This document shows positions 36,344 through 44,677 of a stretch of 44,677 nucleotides of DNA, piece after piece. The first letter of the stretch is position 1. Each line of letters opens with the position of its first letter. Origin of the DNA: Thermoplasmatota archaeon (GTDB taxonomy: Archaea; Thermoplasmatota; Penumbrarchaeia; Penumbrarchaeales; Penumbrarchaeaceae); NCBI GenBank assembly GCA_029762535.1, contig JARVGK010000024.1:1-44677 (forward strand), given 5' to 3'. Position numbers and translations under genes: made by a program. Under the pieces are notes generated by a model. The model did no database searches. It was not told where the DNA came from and was given only the letters and a program-made list of their open reading frames with translations.

Positions 36344-38332
36344 TCATCCGATGGAGGGTTCCGGTGGTCCGGGGAAAAGGTCACTACCCTTTGGAAGCAT
36401 CTTCGTCAGCCTCTGGAGGAGGGATTCGCTCTTGGTATGCTTTACGAGCGCTATGTCGAGGACCTCCCGGATGTCGCTGACGGGGATCACCTCGACCAGT
36501 TCCCTGAACCTATCGTCCAGTATCACGTCCTTCTGGTTGGCCTTGGGTATTATTACCCTCTTGAGACCGGATTTGGCGGCCGCCTCGATCTTCGCCGAAA
36601 CCCCGCCGACCGGAAGAACGTCCCCTCTCACGGATATCGAGCCGGTCATCGCGACCTCAAGATTGACCGGGATCTCCTCGAGAGCGGATATGACCGCCGT
36701 TGCGATGCTTATCGATGCGGAATCTCCGTCAACACCCTGGCTGTCCATGAACTGTATGTGAACGTCGTAGTTGGATATGTCCTTCCCGGTGAGGGTCTTT
36801 ATCAGGGCCGAGACGTTCTGGACGGATTCGCGGGCGATCTCGCCCAGTCTTCCGGTCGCGATTATTCGGCCCTCCTGCTTGGACGAGGCGGGTGTTATCT
36901 CGGCCGCGACCCTGGTGACGATACCGGACATCTCCTGAAGGCTCTCATCCCCCAGAAGCACCGCAAGACCGTTGACCACGCCCACCCTCGAACCCTTGCT
37001 CGAGATCTCGATATACTCCTTGCGTTTGTCTATCTCCCGGTCCGCGACCTGCTGCTCCAGAGACCTCGATATGAGCTTTCCTGTCTGAATGTCCCCCAGA
37101 TTCACGAGCCGGTGCCTTCTCTCCTTCGCTATGTCGCCGCCTGCCCTTACCAGCCCTCCCAGCTCCCTGAACCTAAGTGAGAGCTGCCCCCTGACGCCGC
37201 TGCGGCGCTGGGCCTCCCTTATGACCTCGGCTATCGCCTCGGCCTTGAAGTGAGGGATCTTCCCGTCCTTCTTTATCTCCTGGGCGATGAAGCGGACCAA
37301 TTTCAGCCTGTTCTCCGGTGTATCGTCGAAAGTGCTCTTGACGTATACCTCGTAACCATATCCCCTGATCCTCGATCTCAAAGCGGGATGCATGCCCCCG
37401 TACCTCTGACCGTCGCTGCCCTTCTGGCCGTAGACCGAATCCAGATTTCCAGCGGCGACGAGAATGAAATCACACGGGGCGGCCTCGGTCTTTACCATGG
37501 CCCCGGCGGACCTCTCGGACTGTCCGAAGATAGAGAACCTCTTCTCCTGCATGGCTGTTAGCAGGGACTGCTGCGATTCGGGCCTGAGAAGGTTTATCTC
37601 ATCTATGAAGAGCACGCCCTTGTTGGCCTTGTGTATGGAACCTACCTCGACCCTGTCGTGCGGAGGTGTTTCGAGGCCTCCGCTCTGGAACGGATCGTGC
37701 TTCACGTCGCCGAGCAGGGCTCCCGCGTGGGCTCCCGTGGCGTCGATGAAGGGGGCCTCGCCGACCTTCTCATGGGATACGAGGAGCTTCGGTATCAGCT
37801 CGTCCGTCTTCTTGGACATGGACAGGAACCTGGACATGAAGAGCACCGCGACCACCCCCATGGCGGCCACGAGCAGGATGAGGGGGTTGCTGTCCACAAG
37901 CAGGAAGTATGCCCCGGCTCCGATGATGATCAGTATGACGATCAGGTACTTGAGGGAGCTCTTCCTCTCCTTGTTCAGCTGGGCCTGGTTCTTTGCCGCC
38001 TTTGTTATCTCAGATCCCTTCCCAGCAGGAACTATCCTTATTCTGGGCTCGTTCGGGTCCTCCTGATTGGGATAGACGAGAACGTCCTCCAACTCCTCCG
38101 GGGGCAGGAATTCGGTCATGGACCTGGCTATCATCGACTTACCGGTCCCTGGATCCCCTATGAGGAGCAGATGCCTCCTCTGCTCCGCGGCCTTCCTTGC
38201 CACCTCTACGGCCTCGTCCTGTCCAATGACCTGGCTCATGAGATCCTTGGGCACATCCACGTCATTGGTGGTCCGGATCCCTTTTTGCTCCAGCCACTTC
38301 TCGATCTCGTCCCTTTTGGAGGTCCTCTTCAA
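36344..38332 (-). CDS. lonB: Archaeal membrane-bound ATP-dependent protease LonB
   Basis: Walker A GDPGTGKS, two TMs within the AAA+ domain, Walker B LFIDEI, catalytic DGDSAS and K in SAKIEAA; TTG start with GGTGA SD. Confidence 0.96.
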   Translation of the reverse strand: MKRTSKRDEIEKWLEQKGIRTTNDVDVPKDLMSQVIGQDEAVEVARKAAEQRRHLLLIGDPGTGKSMIARSMTEFLPPEELEDVLVYPNQEDPNEPRIRIVPAGKGSEITKAAKNQAQLNKERKSSLKYLIVILIIIGAGAYFLLVDSNPLILLVAAMGVVAVLFMSRFLSMSKKTDELIPKLLVSHEKVGEAPFIDATGAHAGALLGDVKHDPFQSGGLETPPHDRVEVGSIHKANKGVLFIDEINLLRPESQQSLLTAMQEKRFSIFGQSERSAGAMVKTEAAPCDFILVAAGNLDSVYGQKGSDGQRYGGMHPALRSRIRGYGYEVYVKSTFDDTPENRLKLVRFIAQEIKKDGKIPHFKAEAIAEVIREAQRRSGVRGQLSLRFRELGGLVRAGGDIAKERRHRLVNLGDIQTGKLISRSLEQQVADREIDKRKEYIEISSKGSRVGVVNGLAVLLGDESLQEMSGIVTRVAAEITPASSKQEGRIIATGRLGEIARESVQNVSALIKTLTGKDISNYDVHIQFMDSQGVDGDSASISIATAVISALEEIPVNLEVAMTGSISVRGDVLPVGGVSAKIEAAAKSGLKRVIIPKANQKDVILDDRFRELVEVIPVSDIREVLDIALVKHTKSESLLQRLTKMLPKGSDLFPGPPEPSIG

Positions 38333-38466
38333 ACAGCATCACCGATGTGGTCCATTTAGATCCGTATCATCCCATGTACCTACAGGTAGATAAAATATGT
38401 TTCCCCATCAAACTGATCTTGGACCCATGGCAAGTTTTTTCACATGAACTGACCATAGACCCGTTC

Positions 38467-38661
38467 ATGGTTCCAGGAGGCTCCTTGCGCAAAGGTAGGG
38501 ACCCATGGGGGGAGAGATCGAACGACCCGTTCATCAGGGAGCTGAGGAGGAACCCCAAGAGATATGCCCTGCTGCAGGCCGCCATATCCGTGGGACTGGC
38601 CCTTTTCTGGGTCCTCTTCATCATCGGATTGCTGGTCTATTTCGCGTTCCTCCTTCTTTGA
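38467..38661 (+). CDS. Small hypothetical membrane protein (64 aa)
   Basis: MVPGG..DPFIRELRRNPKRY followed by a long C-terminal hydrophobic helix; fills the gap between lonB and the MBL gene. Confidence 0.6.
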   Translation: MVPGGSLRKGRDPWGERSNDPFIRELRRNPKRYALLQAAISVGLALFWVLFIIGLLVYFAFLLL

Positions 38662-38674
38662 GAGCGGCGGGGCC

Positions 38675-39319
38675 TCATACGAAACGCATCATGCCAACGG
38701 CGGATGCGATCTCGCGGGAGGGGTTCTCGAGCTCGTAGCGGCCATGGCCTGGATACAATGCCTTGACCTCGAGTTCCCGGAGCCTGTCGATGGACCCCTT
38801 GTGCGTCTCAAGGTCCCCCCCTGGCAGGTCCCATCGGCCCACACCGCCATCGCAGAATATCAGGTCACCGCAGAAGAGGTCCCTGGACCTTTCGTCGTGG
38901 TAGCACACCTGTCCCGGGCAATGGCCCGGGGATGGTATGATCGCGAGGTCCAACTCCCCCGATCGGAACCTGTCCGATATGATCTTAACATCTTCGATAG
39001 GGCTCATCGCCTTCCCGAACAGGAAGCTGCCAGTCATCATCGTATCGGGCCCCCCTACGACCCTCGCACACGCTTGGGAGGCCATCACCGAGCCCCCCAA
39101 CCTCCGAACGATCTCCTGAGCCCCCCCGCAGTGATCGAAATGCTCATGGGTCAAAAGGACCCCCAGGAATTCCATCCCATGGGTCCTGGATGCGATCTCT
39201 TGAACGACCCTGTCGCAGGACGCGCCCGTTCCCGCATCGACCAAAATGGCCCTGTCGCCTTCGGTCAGCAGATATATATTGGAATCCATGGGTCCTGAGG
39301 TGATTGGGGTAACTTCCAT
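38675..39319 (-). CDS. Metallo-beta-lactamase-fold hydrolase (glyoxalase II-like)
   Basis: SNIYL, LVDAG, THEHFDHCGG, SPGHCPG, FCGDL, LYPGHG; probable start ATG 39319. Confidence 0.9.
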   Translation of the reverse strand: MEVTPITSGPMDSNIYLLTEGDRAILVDAGTGASCDRVVQEIASRTHGMEFLGVLLTHEHFDHCGGAQEIVRRLGGSVMASQACARVVGGPDTMMTGSFLFGKAMSPIEDVKIISDRFRSGELDLAIIPSPGHCPGQVCYHDERSRDLFCGDLIFCDGGVGRWDLPGGDLETHKGSIDRLRELEVKALYPGHGRYELENPSREIASAVGMMRFV

Positions 39320-39379
39320 ATTAACACCGGTCGTCGGGAACGAGGATTGTTTTTTTAACATAAAATACATACCACGCCC

Positions 39380-40801
39380 ATGCGACGATCCCGAGAGGAC
39401 ACATGGACATTCCCTCCCGAGGCCAGGAGCGAGGTCCTGCGTTCCATCTCACCCACCCCCGAGGAGATCGAAATGGTCGAGGGGGCCACCATCGCCCTCC
39501 TGGACAGGATCGACGGCGCGATCGAAGACCAGGACATCCCGGACGCCCGCACGGTCCTTACGGGTTCCGTCGCCAAAGGGACCTATCTCAAGGACCCCGA
39601 TCTGGACGTGTTCGTCCTCTTTCCCATCGGAACGGATCCGGACATAATGAAGGAAAAGGGGCTGTTGATAGGGAGCAAGGTGCTTGAGGACGCGGATCTG
39701 AGCTATGCCCAGCATCCATACATGCACGGTCGTTTCATGGGATTCGAGACGGACGTCGTCCCCGCCATGGACATCCCCAAGGGCGAGAGGATAATCACGG
39801 CAGTGGACAGAACGCCGCATCACACCGAGTTCATCAACAGGAACCTCGATCCCGGCGCCAGGCAGGATGTGATGCTGCTCAAGGCCTTCCTAAAAGGCAT
39901 AGGGTCCTACGGGGCGGAGGATACCGTCTCAGGCTTCTCCGGATACCTGACGGAGCTGTTCATCTTAGCTCTAGGATCCTTCGAGGGCGCGATCGAATAC
40001 CTCGCCTCCCTGCCGGTCATCAGGAGGCCGCCCCTCCGATCCGAGGAATCCGGTGCGGAGCATATCCTTCCGGGATCGGTCCCGCCGTTGGACATGGCCT
40101 CCATCGCCAAAGGGTCCGCTTCCTCCCGTGATGGATGGGCGAAGGAGCTCATGGGCAGTCCTCTCATACTCAGGGACCCCGTGGATCCTGACAGGAACGT
40201 GGCCTCACCGCTTTCAGGCCAGACCCTGGCGCATACGGCTGGATGCGCCGCGGACCTGGTCCGTGAGCCCGGACCCCGACCGTTCCATCCTTTCTCCGTA
40301 CGCCCACACGATCCGGATAAGTTGAAAGATACCTTGACCGTGCCTTCGCTCTACTTCGACCTGCCGCCCGGACCGCCCTCCCGGGTGCATTCCCAGATCA
40401 AAAGCAGCATGAACAGGCTTTCCAAGGCTCTTGTGCGGGAGGGGTTCTCCAGAGCCGTGATCGCGTACCGGTTGGAATTCCCATGGGGTTATCCGATAGA
40501 CGGGGCATACCTCAAGGGCAGAGCGGTATGGTACTCTTCCATCGATAGGCCCCAACTCAGGTTCCGGCCAAGGACCGAACCAGAGGTCCTCGACAGGAGT
40601 TTCAGGCACAGCGGCCCGCCGGTAGGCCATCCTCTTGAAGGCGATTTCCGGAAGAGATGGGAGGGGAAAACCGTATCCTCCGAGTCCGGGCGACTGTACG
40701 TGATGATACAGCGCAGGACCGTGGATCCCCTGACCCTCGCCATGGAGATATGGCCCGGTATCGGACATGGGCCCGATATCCCCCATGACCTTTCGGCATG
40801 A
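39380..40801 (+). CDS. cca: Class I (archaeal) CCA-adding tRNA nucleotidyltransferase
   Basis: GSVAKGTYL..DLDVF, YAQHPY, DVVP, AVDRTPHH, GFSGYLTEL, DPVDPDRNVA, HSGPP. Confidence 0.92.
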   Translation: MRRSREDTWTFPPEARSEVLRSISPTPEEIEMVEGATIALLDRIDGAIEDQDIPDARTVLTGSVAKGTYLKDPDLDVFVLFPIGTDPDIMKEKGLLIGSKVLEDADLSYAQHPYMHGRFMGFETDVVPAMDIPKGERIITAVDRTPHHTEFINRNLDPGARQDVMLLKAFLKGIGSYGAEDTVSGFSGYLTELFILALGSFEGAIEYLASLPVIRRPPLRSEESGAEHILPGSVPPLDMASIAKGSASSRDGWAKELMGSPLILRDPVDPDRNVASPLSGQTLAHTAGCAADLVREPGPRPFHPFSVRPHDPDKLKDTLTVPSLYFDLPPGPPSRVHSQIKSSMNRLSKALVREGFSRAVIAYRLEFPWGYPIDGAYLKGRAVWYSSIDRPQLRFRPRTEPEVLDRSFRHSGPPVGHPLEGDFRKRWEGKTVSSESGRLYVMIQRRTVDPLTLAMEIWPGIGHGPDIPHDLSA

Positions 40802-40909
40802 TATATCGGCCCCGTTCGGCCGGGTCGGGGCAAGGTTAATTACGAACCGCTCTCTACCCTTCGATAACAGTGGAAAGCTTATAGGGGAAGATCCTCGGGG
40901 GCCGATATT

Positions 40910-41767
40910 ATGAGCCTTGAAAGATTCGATTACTGGACGGATATCGATGACAACGCGGCCGATCTCGCCGGGATAAGCACGGAGGCGAGGCGCTGGATCA
41001 TCAGGATGACGCATGAGGCGGGCTCCGGGCACCCCGGAGGTTCCCTGTCGTCCATCGACATACTGATAGCGCTGTACTTCAAGGTCATGAGGCACGATCC
41101 CTCCGATCCCACCTGGCCCGACAGGGACAGGCTGGTCATGTCCAAGGGCCATGGGGCGCCCGCTCTCTACACCGCGCTTTCACTGGCGGGATATTTTGTG
41201 AGGGAGGAGCTTTTGACCCTGAGGAAACTCGGCAGCAGGCTGCAGGGGCATCCGAGCATGAACAAGACCCCGGGAATAGACATGTCCACGGGATCATTGG
41301 GCCAGGGGCTGTCCATTGCCCTGGGGATCGCGCTCGGAGCGAGGCTCGACCGCAAGGATCACAGGGTCTACTGTATACTCGGCGACGGGGAGGTACAGGA
41401 AGGGCAGGTATGGGAGGCGGCGATGGCGGCCGCGCATTACAAGGCCGACAACCTCTGCGCGGTCCTGGACCGAAACAATCTGCAGATCGACGGGCCCACC
41501 GAGAAGATAATGTCCATCGAACCCGCCCTCCACAAGTTCGAGTCCTTCGGATGGAACACGATCGAGATCAACGGGCACGATTTCAAGGACATACTCAAGG
41601 CGTTCCACGATGCGGAGACCGTGAAGGGCAGGCCCACGATGATCATCGCGAACACGGTCAAGGGCAAGGGCGTCTCCTTCATGGAGGGATCGGTGAAGTT
41701 CCACGGCAAGACCACGACACCGGAGGAGCTTGAGAGGGCGTTGTCCGAGCTCGGAGGTGATATCTGA
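40910..41767 (+). CDS. Transketolase N-terminal (TPP-binding) subunit
   Basis: SGHPGGSLS, DRLVMSKGH, LQGHP, TGSLGQG, GDGEVQEG, TVKGKG. Confidence 0.96.
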   Translation: MSLERFDYWTDIDDNAADLAGISTEARRWIIRMTHEAGSGHPGGSLSSIDILIALYFKVMRHDPSDPTWPDRDRLVMSKGHGAPALYTALSLAGYFVREELLTLRKLGSRLQGHPSMNKTPGIDMSTGSLGQGLSIALGIALGARLDRKDHRVYCILGDGEVQEGQVWEAAMAAAHYKADNLCAVLDRNNLQIDGPTEKIMSIEPALHKFESFGWNTIEINGHDFKDILKAFHDAETVKGRPTMIIANTVKGKGVSFMEGSVKFHGKTTTPEELERALSELGGDI

Positions 41768-42711
41768 TGGAATGGAAGCTCAAGAACATGAGGCCCGGGT
41801 TCGGCGAGGCCCTGGTCGAGCTCGGGAGCAAGTACCAGAACATCGTGGCGCTGAACGCCGACCTCTCGGGTTCGACGACGACCTCCATGTTCGAGTCCGC
41901 TTACCCGGAGCGCTTCTTCAATATGGGAGTGGCGGAGCAGAACATGATGGGCGTGGCCGCAGGGCTGGCATCGACGGGCAAGATCGTGTTCGCATCGACG
42001 TTCGCGATGTTCGCCACAGGGCGGGCCTACGACCAGGTCCGGCAGTCCATCGCCTACCCCAAGTTGAGCGTGAAGATCGTTGCGACGCATGCGGGGATAA
42101 CCGTCGGGGGCGACGGTGCGTCACATCAGATGCACGAGGACCTCGCCCTCATGAGGGTACTTCCCCACATGACCGTGATAGCCCCGGCGGATTACTGGGA
42201 AACGAAGAAAGCGGTGCTCAACGTCGCCCGGACCCCGGGACCCTGTTACATAAGGACCGGGAGGACGGACACACCCCTGATATACGACGAGGATTACGAT
42301 TTCAGGATAGGCATCGCCGACACCCTTGTGGACGGCGAGGACGTCACCGTGATCGCCATGGGATTGATGGTCAGCAAGGCCATGGAGGCCGCGGAGGTCC
42401 TGGGGAAGGAGGGCATATCCGCCAGGGTCGTGAACCTTTCAACGATCAAGCCGATAGACAAGAACTGCATCATCAAGGCCGCCCGCGATACCGGGGCGAT
42501 AGTCACGGCGGAGGAGCACAACATGATAGTGGGTATGGGATCCGCCGTCGCGGAGGTGCTCCTGGACCATGAACCGGTCCCGCAGAGGAGGGTCGGGATC
42601 CCCGACGTTTTCGGGGAGTCGGGCGAATCCGAGGAGCTGATGCAGGCCTACGGATTGACGGTAGAGAACATAGTCGAGAGCGCGAAGAAAGCTGTGGCGA
42701 TGAAGAGGTGA
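41767..42711 (+). CDS. Transketolase C-terminal subunit
   Basis: [39 protein letters not shown]. Confidence 0.96.
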   Translation: MEWKLKNMRPGFGEALVELGSKYQNIVALNADLSGSTTTSMFESAYPERFFNMGVAEQNMMGVAAGLASTGKIVFASTFAMFATGRAYDQVRQSIAYPKLSVKIVATHAGITVGGDGASHQMHEDLALMRVLPHMTVIAPADYWETKKAVLNVARTPGPCYIRTGRTDTPLIYDEDYDFRIGIADTLVDGEDVTVIAMGLMVSKAMEAAEVLGKEGISARVVNLSTIKPIDKNCIIKAARDTGAIVTAEEHNMIVGMGSAVAEVLLDHEPVPQRRVGIPDVFGESGESEELMQAYGLTVENIVESAKKAVAMKR

Positions 42712-42716
42712 TGAAA

Positions 42717-43364
42717 ATGAAGATATTCCTGGATACGGCCAATATCGAAGAGATCAGAAAAGCCAGCGAACTTGGTGTCGTGGACGGCGTCACGACCAAC
42801 CCCTCCCTCATAGCGAAGGAAGGTAGGAGGTTCGAGGATGTGGTCAAGGAGATATGCTCGATCGTTGACGGCCCCATATCGGCCGAGACCGTCACCGAGA
42901 TGGCGGATACCATGGTCGAGGAGGCCGTCCGTTTATCGAAGATACATCCGAACATAGTCGTGAAGATACCCATGACGGCCGAAGGGCTCAAGGCCGTCAG
43001 TGAGTGCAGAAAAAGGGGCATCAAGACGAACGTCACCCTGATATTCTCGGCGAACCAGGCCCTTCTTGCCGCAAAGGCCGGGGCCAACTACGTTTCTCCT
43101 TTCGTGGGAAGATTGGACGACAACACGGAATACGGCATGGACCTCGTCGAGAGGATCGTGTCCATATTCCACAACTACGTTTACGATACCGAGGTGATAG
43201 TCGCCTCCGTGAGGAACCCGATCCATGTCCTTGAGGCCGCGCAGATGGGAGCGGACATAGCAACGGTTCCGTATTCCGTGCTGATGCAGATGCTCAAGCA
43301 CCCTCTGACCGACATCGGGATCCAGAAGTTCCTATCGGACTGGAAAAAGGTCCCCAAGGAGTGA
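42717..43364 (+). CDS. tal: Transaldolase (TalC/FSA family)
   Basis: [22 protein letters not shown] (Schiff-base Lys), [35 protein letters not shown] favours ATG 42717. Confidence 0.95.
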   Translation: MKIFLDTANIEEIRKASELGVVDGVTTNPSLIAKEGRRFEDVVKEICSIVDGPISAETVTEMADTMVEEAVRLSKIHPNIVVKIPMTAEGLKAVSECRKRGIKTNVTLIFSANQALLAAKAGANYVSPFVGRLDDNTEYGMDLVERIVSIFHNYVYDTEVIVASVRNPIHVLEAAQMGADIATVPYSVLMQMLKHPLTDIGIQKFLSDWKKVPKE

Positions 43365-43840
43365 GGACGACGAGGATCCTCGTCGTCGGCGTCGGATCCC
43401 GGCTAAGGGGGGACGACGCCGCCGGGCCATTGACAGTTGACGTGCTCAGGGATATGTTGGAGCGCGAAGGCCACCCCCCCGGCACGGAGATCAATTTGAT
43501 AGACGCCGACGTCATGCCCGAGAACTACACCAAGCCAATTCAGGAGAGCGGGGCTGACGCTGTTTTTTTCATAGACGCAGTGGACCTGGGCCTGCCCCCG
43601 GGCGAGGTCAGGATCGTCCCTCCGGAGAGGATCGACGCCTGCCTGCCATCGACGCACACCCTGCCGATGTCCCATGTTATGGCATATATCAAAGAGGCGA
43701 TCCCCAGGGTGGATCTCATCGGCGTTCAGATAAGGAGCGCGGGATTGTTCGAGGAGATGTCGGAGGAGGTCCGGGAGGCATGTTCCCGGCTAGCCGGAAC
43801 GATCGTGGACGGGGGGTGGAGGGGGATCCCCTCGGCATGA
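43361..43840 (+). CDS. Hydrogenase maturation endopeptidase (HycI-like, A31 family)
   Basis: [47 protein letters not shown]; GTGA overlap with tal. Confidence 0.88.
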   Translation: MRTTRILVVGVGSRLRGDDAAGPLTVDVLRDMLEREGHPPGTEINLIDADVMPENYTKPIQESGADAVFFIDAVDLGLPPGEVRIVPPERIDACLPSTHTLPMSHVMAYIKEAIPRVDLIGVQIRSAGLFEEMSEEVREACSRLAGTIVDGGWRGIPSA

Positions 43841-43946
43841 AATATATCTATATAGTATTTTCATATAATATAATATATATTTATTTTAGGGGATTTTTCG
43901 TTGGTTTTAAATATTTATCAAGACGATACCTACCAAGGTGATCCAA

Positions 43947-44015
43947 ATGAGAGGGATCCCGGGTGATCCGAGCAAGCAATCAGGGAGAAGCAGCCCCGTC
44001 CATGAACGATGCTGA
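43947..44015 (+). CDS. Possible 22-aa small ORF/uORF (MRGIPGDPSKQSGRSSPVHERC)
   Basis: Preceded by AGGTGATCCA (43936-43945), a long match to the 16S rRNA 3' end complement, and by an AT-rich promoter-like region. Confidence 0.3.
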   Translation: MRGIPGDPSKQSGRSSPVHERC

Positions 44016-44085
44016 TTATGTTATAGTTCTGTTCAATGATCGTTCTAAAACTGATAAATAGTTAAATCTTTGTCTGTTTAGTTGT

Positions 44086-44677
44086 ATGGGATCGTATGTT
44101 GCCAAGATGTGCATTATAACATTATCATTTATAGCGATCCTCCCGGCATTGTCATCATCGGGCAATTCGGAGTATCTGGAGATTGCATTAACAGATTTCC
44201 AAGGTTTGGATAAGGATCGCTTCTTTCTTAAGAACAACGGTTTCTATCCTTCAGAGAACGTATTCCTGGGAAGGACATCCTTCGGCAAGGTGGGATTCAC
44301 GAACGATGGGGTTCTGTACTGCATGGAGGACGACGATGAGATGATCGTTGTCAAGCTGCGGTTCTCAGGGTGCAACAATATCCAGCCAGAAGGAGAATGG
44401 GATCTCCCGGATATCGTCAGGTATGGGATCTCGAGCAATGTGAATTCCGATACGAGGCTGTGGGCTTATTCAAGGGTCGTCTATCGCGATGTATGGGACC
44501 GGATAGATCTCCTTTTCTACCATATCGATCTCGGGTTGAAGTACGATGTGAGGATCCGCCCCGGCGGTGACATTGCTGACATCGAATTCGTATATGAGGG
44601 GACAGGCGATCTTGTAATAGATGATTACAGCTATCTTTTCATTGATGAGGGAAAGGTAATCCTCGGCGAATCGATCC
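44086..44677 (+). CDS. Secreted protein with the N-terminal domain typical of SBBP beta-propeller surface proteins; runs off the window
   Basis: Manually translated MGSYVAKMCIITLSFIAILPALS..FFLKNNGFY..KLRFSG..YSRVVYRDVWDRIDLLFY..LKYDVRIRPGGDIADIEFVYEG; open to the window end. Confidence 0.8.
   Translation, partial: MGSYVAKMCIITLSFIAILPALSSSGNSEYLEIALTDFQGLDKDRFFLKNNGFYPSENVFLGRTSFGKVGFTNDGVLYCMEDDDEMIVVKLRFSGCNNIQPEGEWDLPDIVRYGISSNVNSDTRLWAYSRVVYRDVWDRIDLLFYHIDLGLKYDVRIRPGGDIADIEFVYEGTGDLVIDDYSYLFIDEGKVILGESI

Noticed and set aside
33111-38359. Several 200-300 aa plus-strand ORFs opposite the PKD/CARDB gene and lonB
   Set aside because: Shadow frames with no motifs or SD support
43936-43945. 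AGGTGATCCA as the antisense 3' end of a 16S rRNA fragment
   Set aside because: The match does not extend into further 16S sequence, so it is better read as a Shine-Dalgarno element
1-44677. CRISPR array, tRNA/rRNA genes, transposase or integrase
   Set aside because: No regularly spaced repeats, no cloverleaf or T-loop pattern in the intergenic gaps, and no such ORF was recognised by eye. A tRNAscan-SE/Infernal run would be needed to exclude small RNAs formally.

Overview
Chromosomal window from an archaeon, most consistent with Thermoplasmatota. The evidence is the S19e/L39e/L31e/aIF6 cluster, class I CCA enzyme, EndA, membrane LonB, split transketolase plus transaldolase, and many PKD/FG-GAP surface proteins. 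Positions 1-17.4 kb are all minus strand. They hold two tandem paralogous integrin-alpha-like surface proteins (7 FG-GAP-type Ca-binding loops, stalk, TM; the first runs off the window and is missing from the ORF track), a psd-pssA-mptD operon, a CRTAC1/ASPIC-UnbV+PKD protein, a membrane-anchored clostripain-PKD protease, a degenerate histidine-kinase-like protein and an FAH-family gene. The rest is mostly housekeeping: rnz, trkHA, taw2, ribosomal cluster, uppS, endA, a NikR-like regulator with a ZnuACB-type ABC transporter plus glutaredoxin and ferredoxin:disulfide reductase, a PKD/CARDB surface protein, lonB, an MBL hydrolase, cca, tkt/tal, a HycI-like protease and the start of an SBBP-type protein. 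The best lead is the tandem pair. Their strongly diverged, Tyr-rich propeller regions sit between near-identical DNA anchors (42/43 nt in the signal peptide, 77/77 nt in the stalk), and the propeller of copy 2 has an AT-shifted codon style. This suggests swappable receptor-head cassettes. I saw no CRISPR array, rRNA, tRNA or mobile element. All calls are by eye, without database searches.
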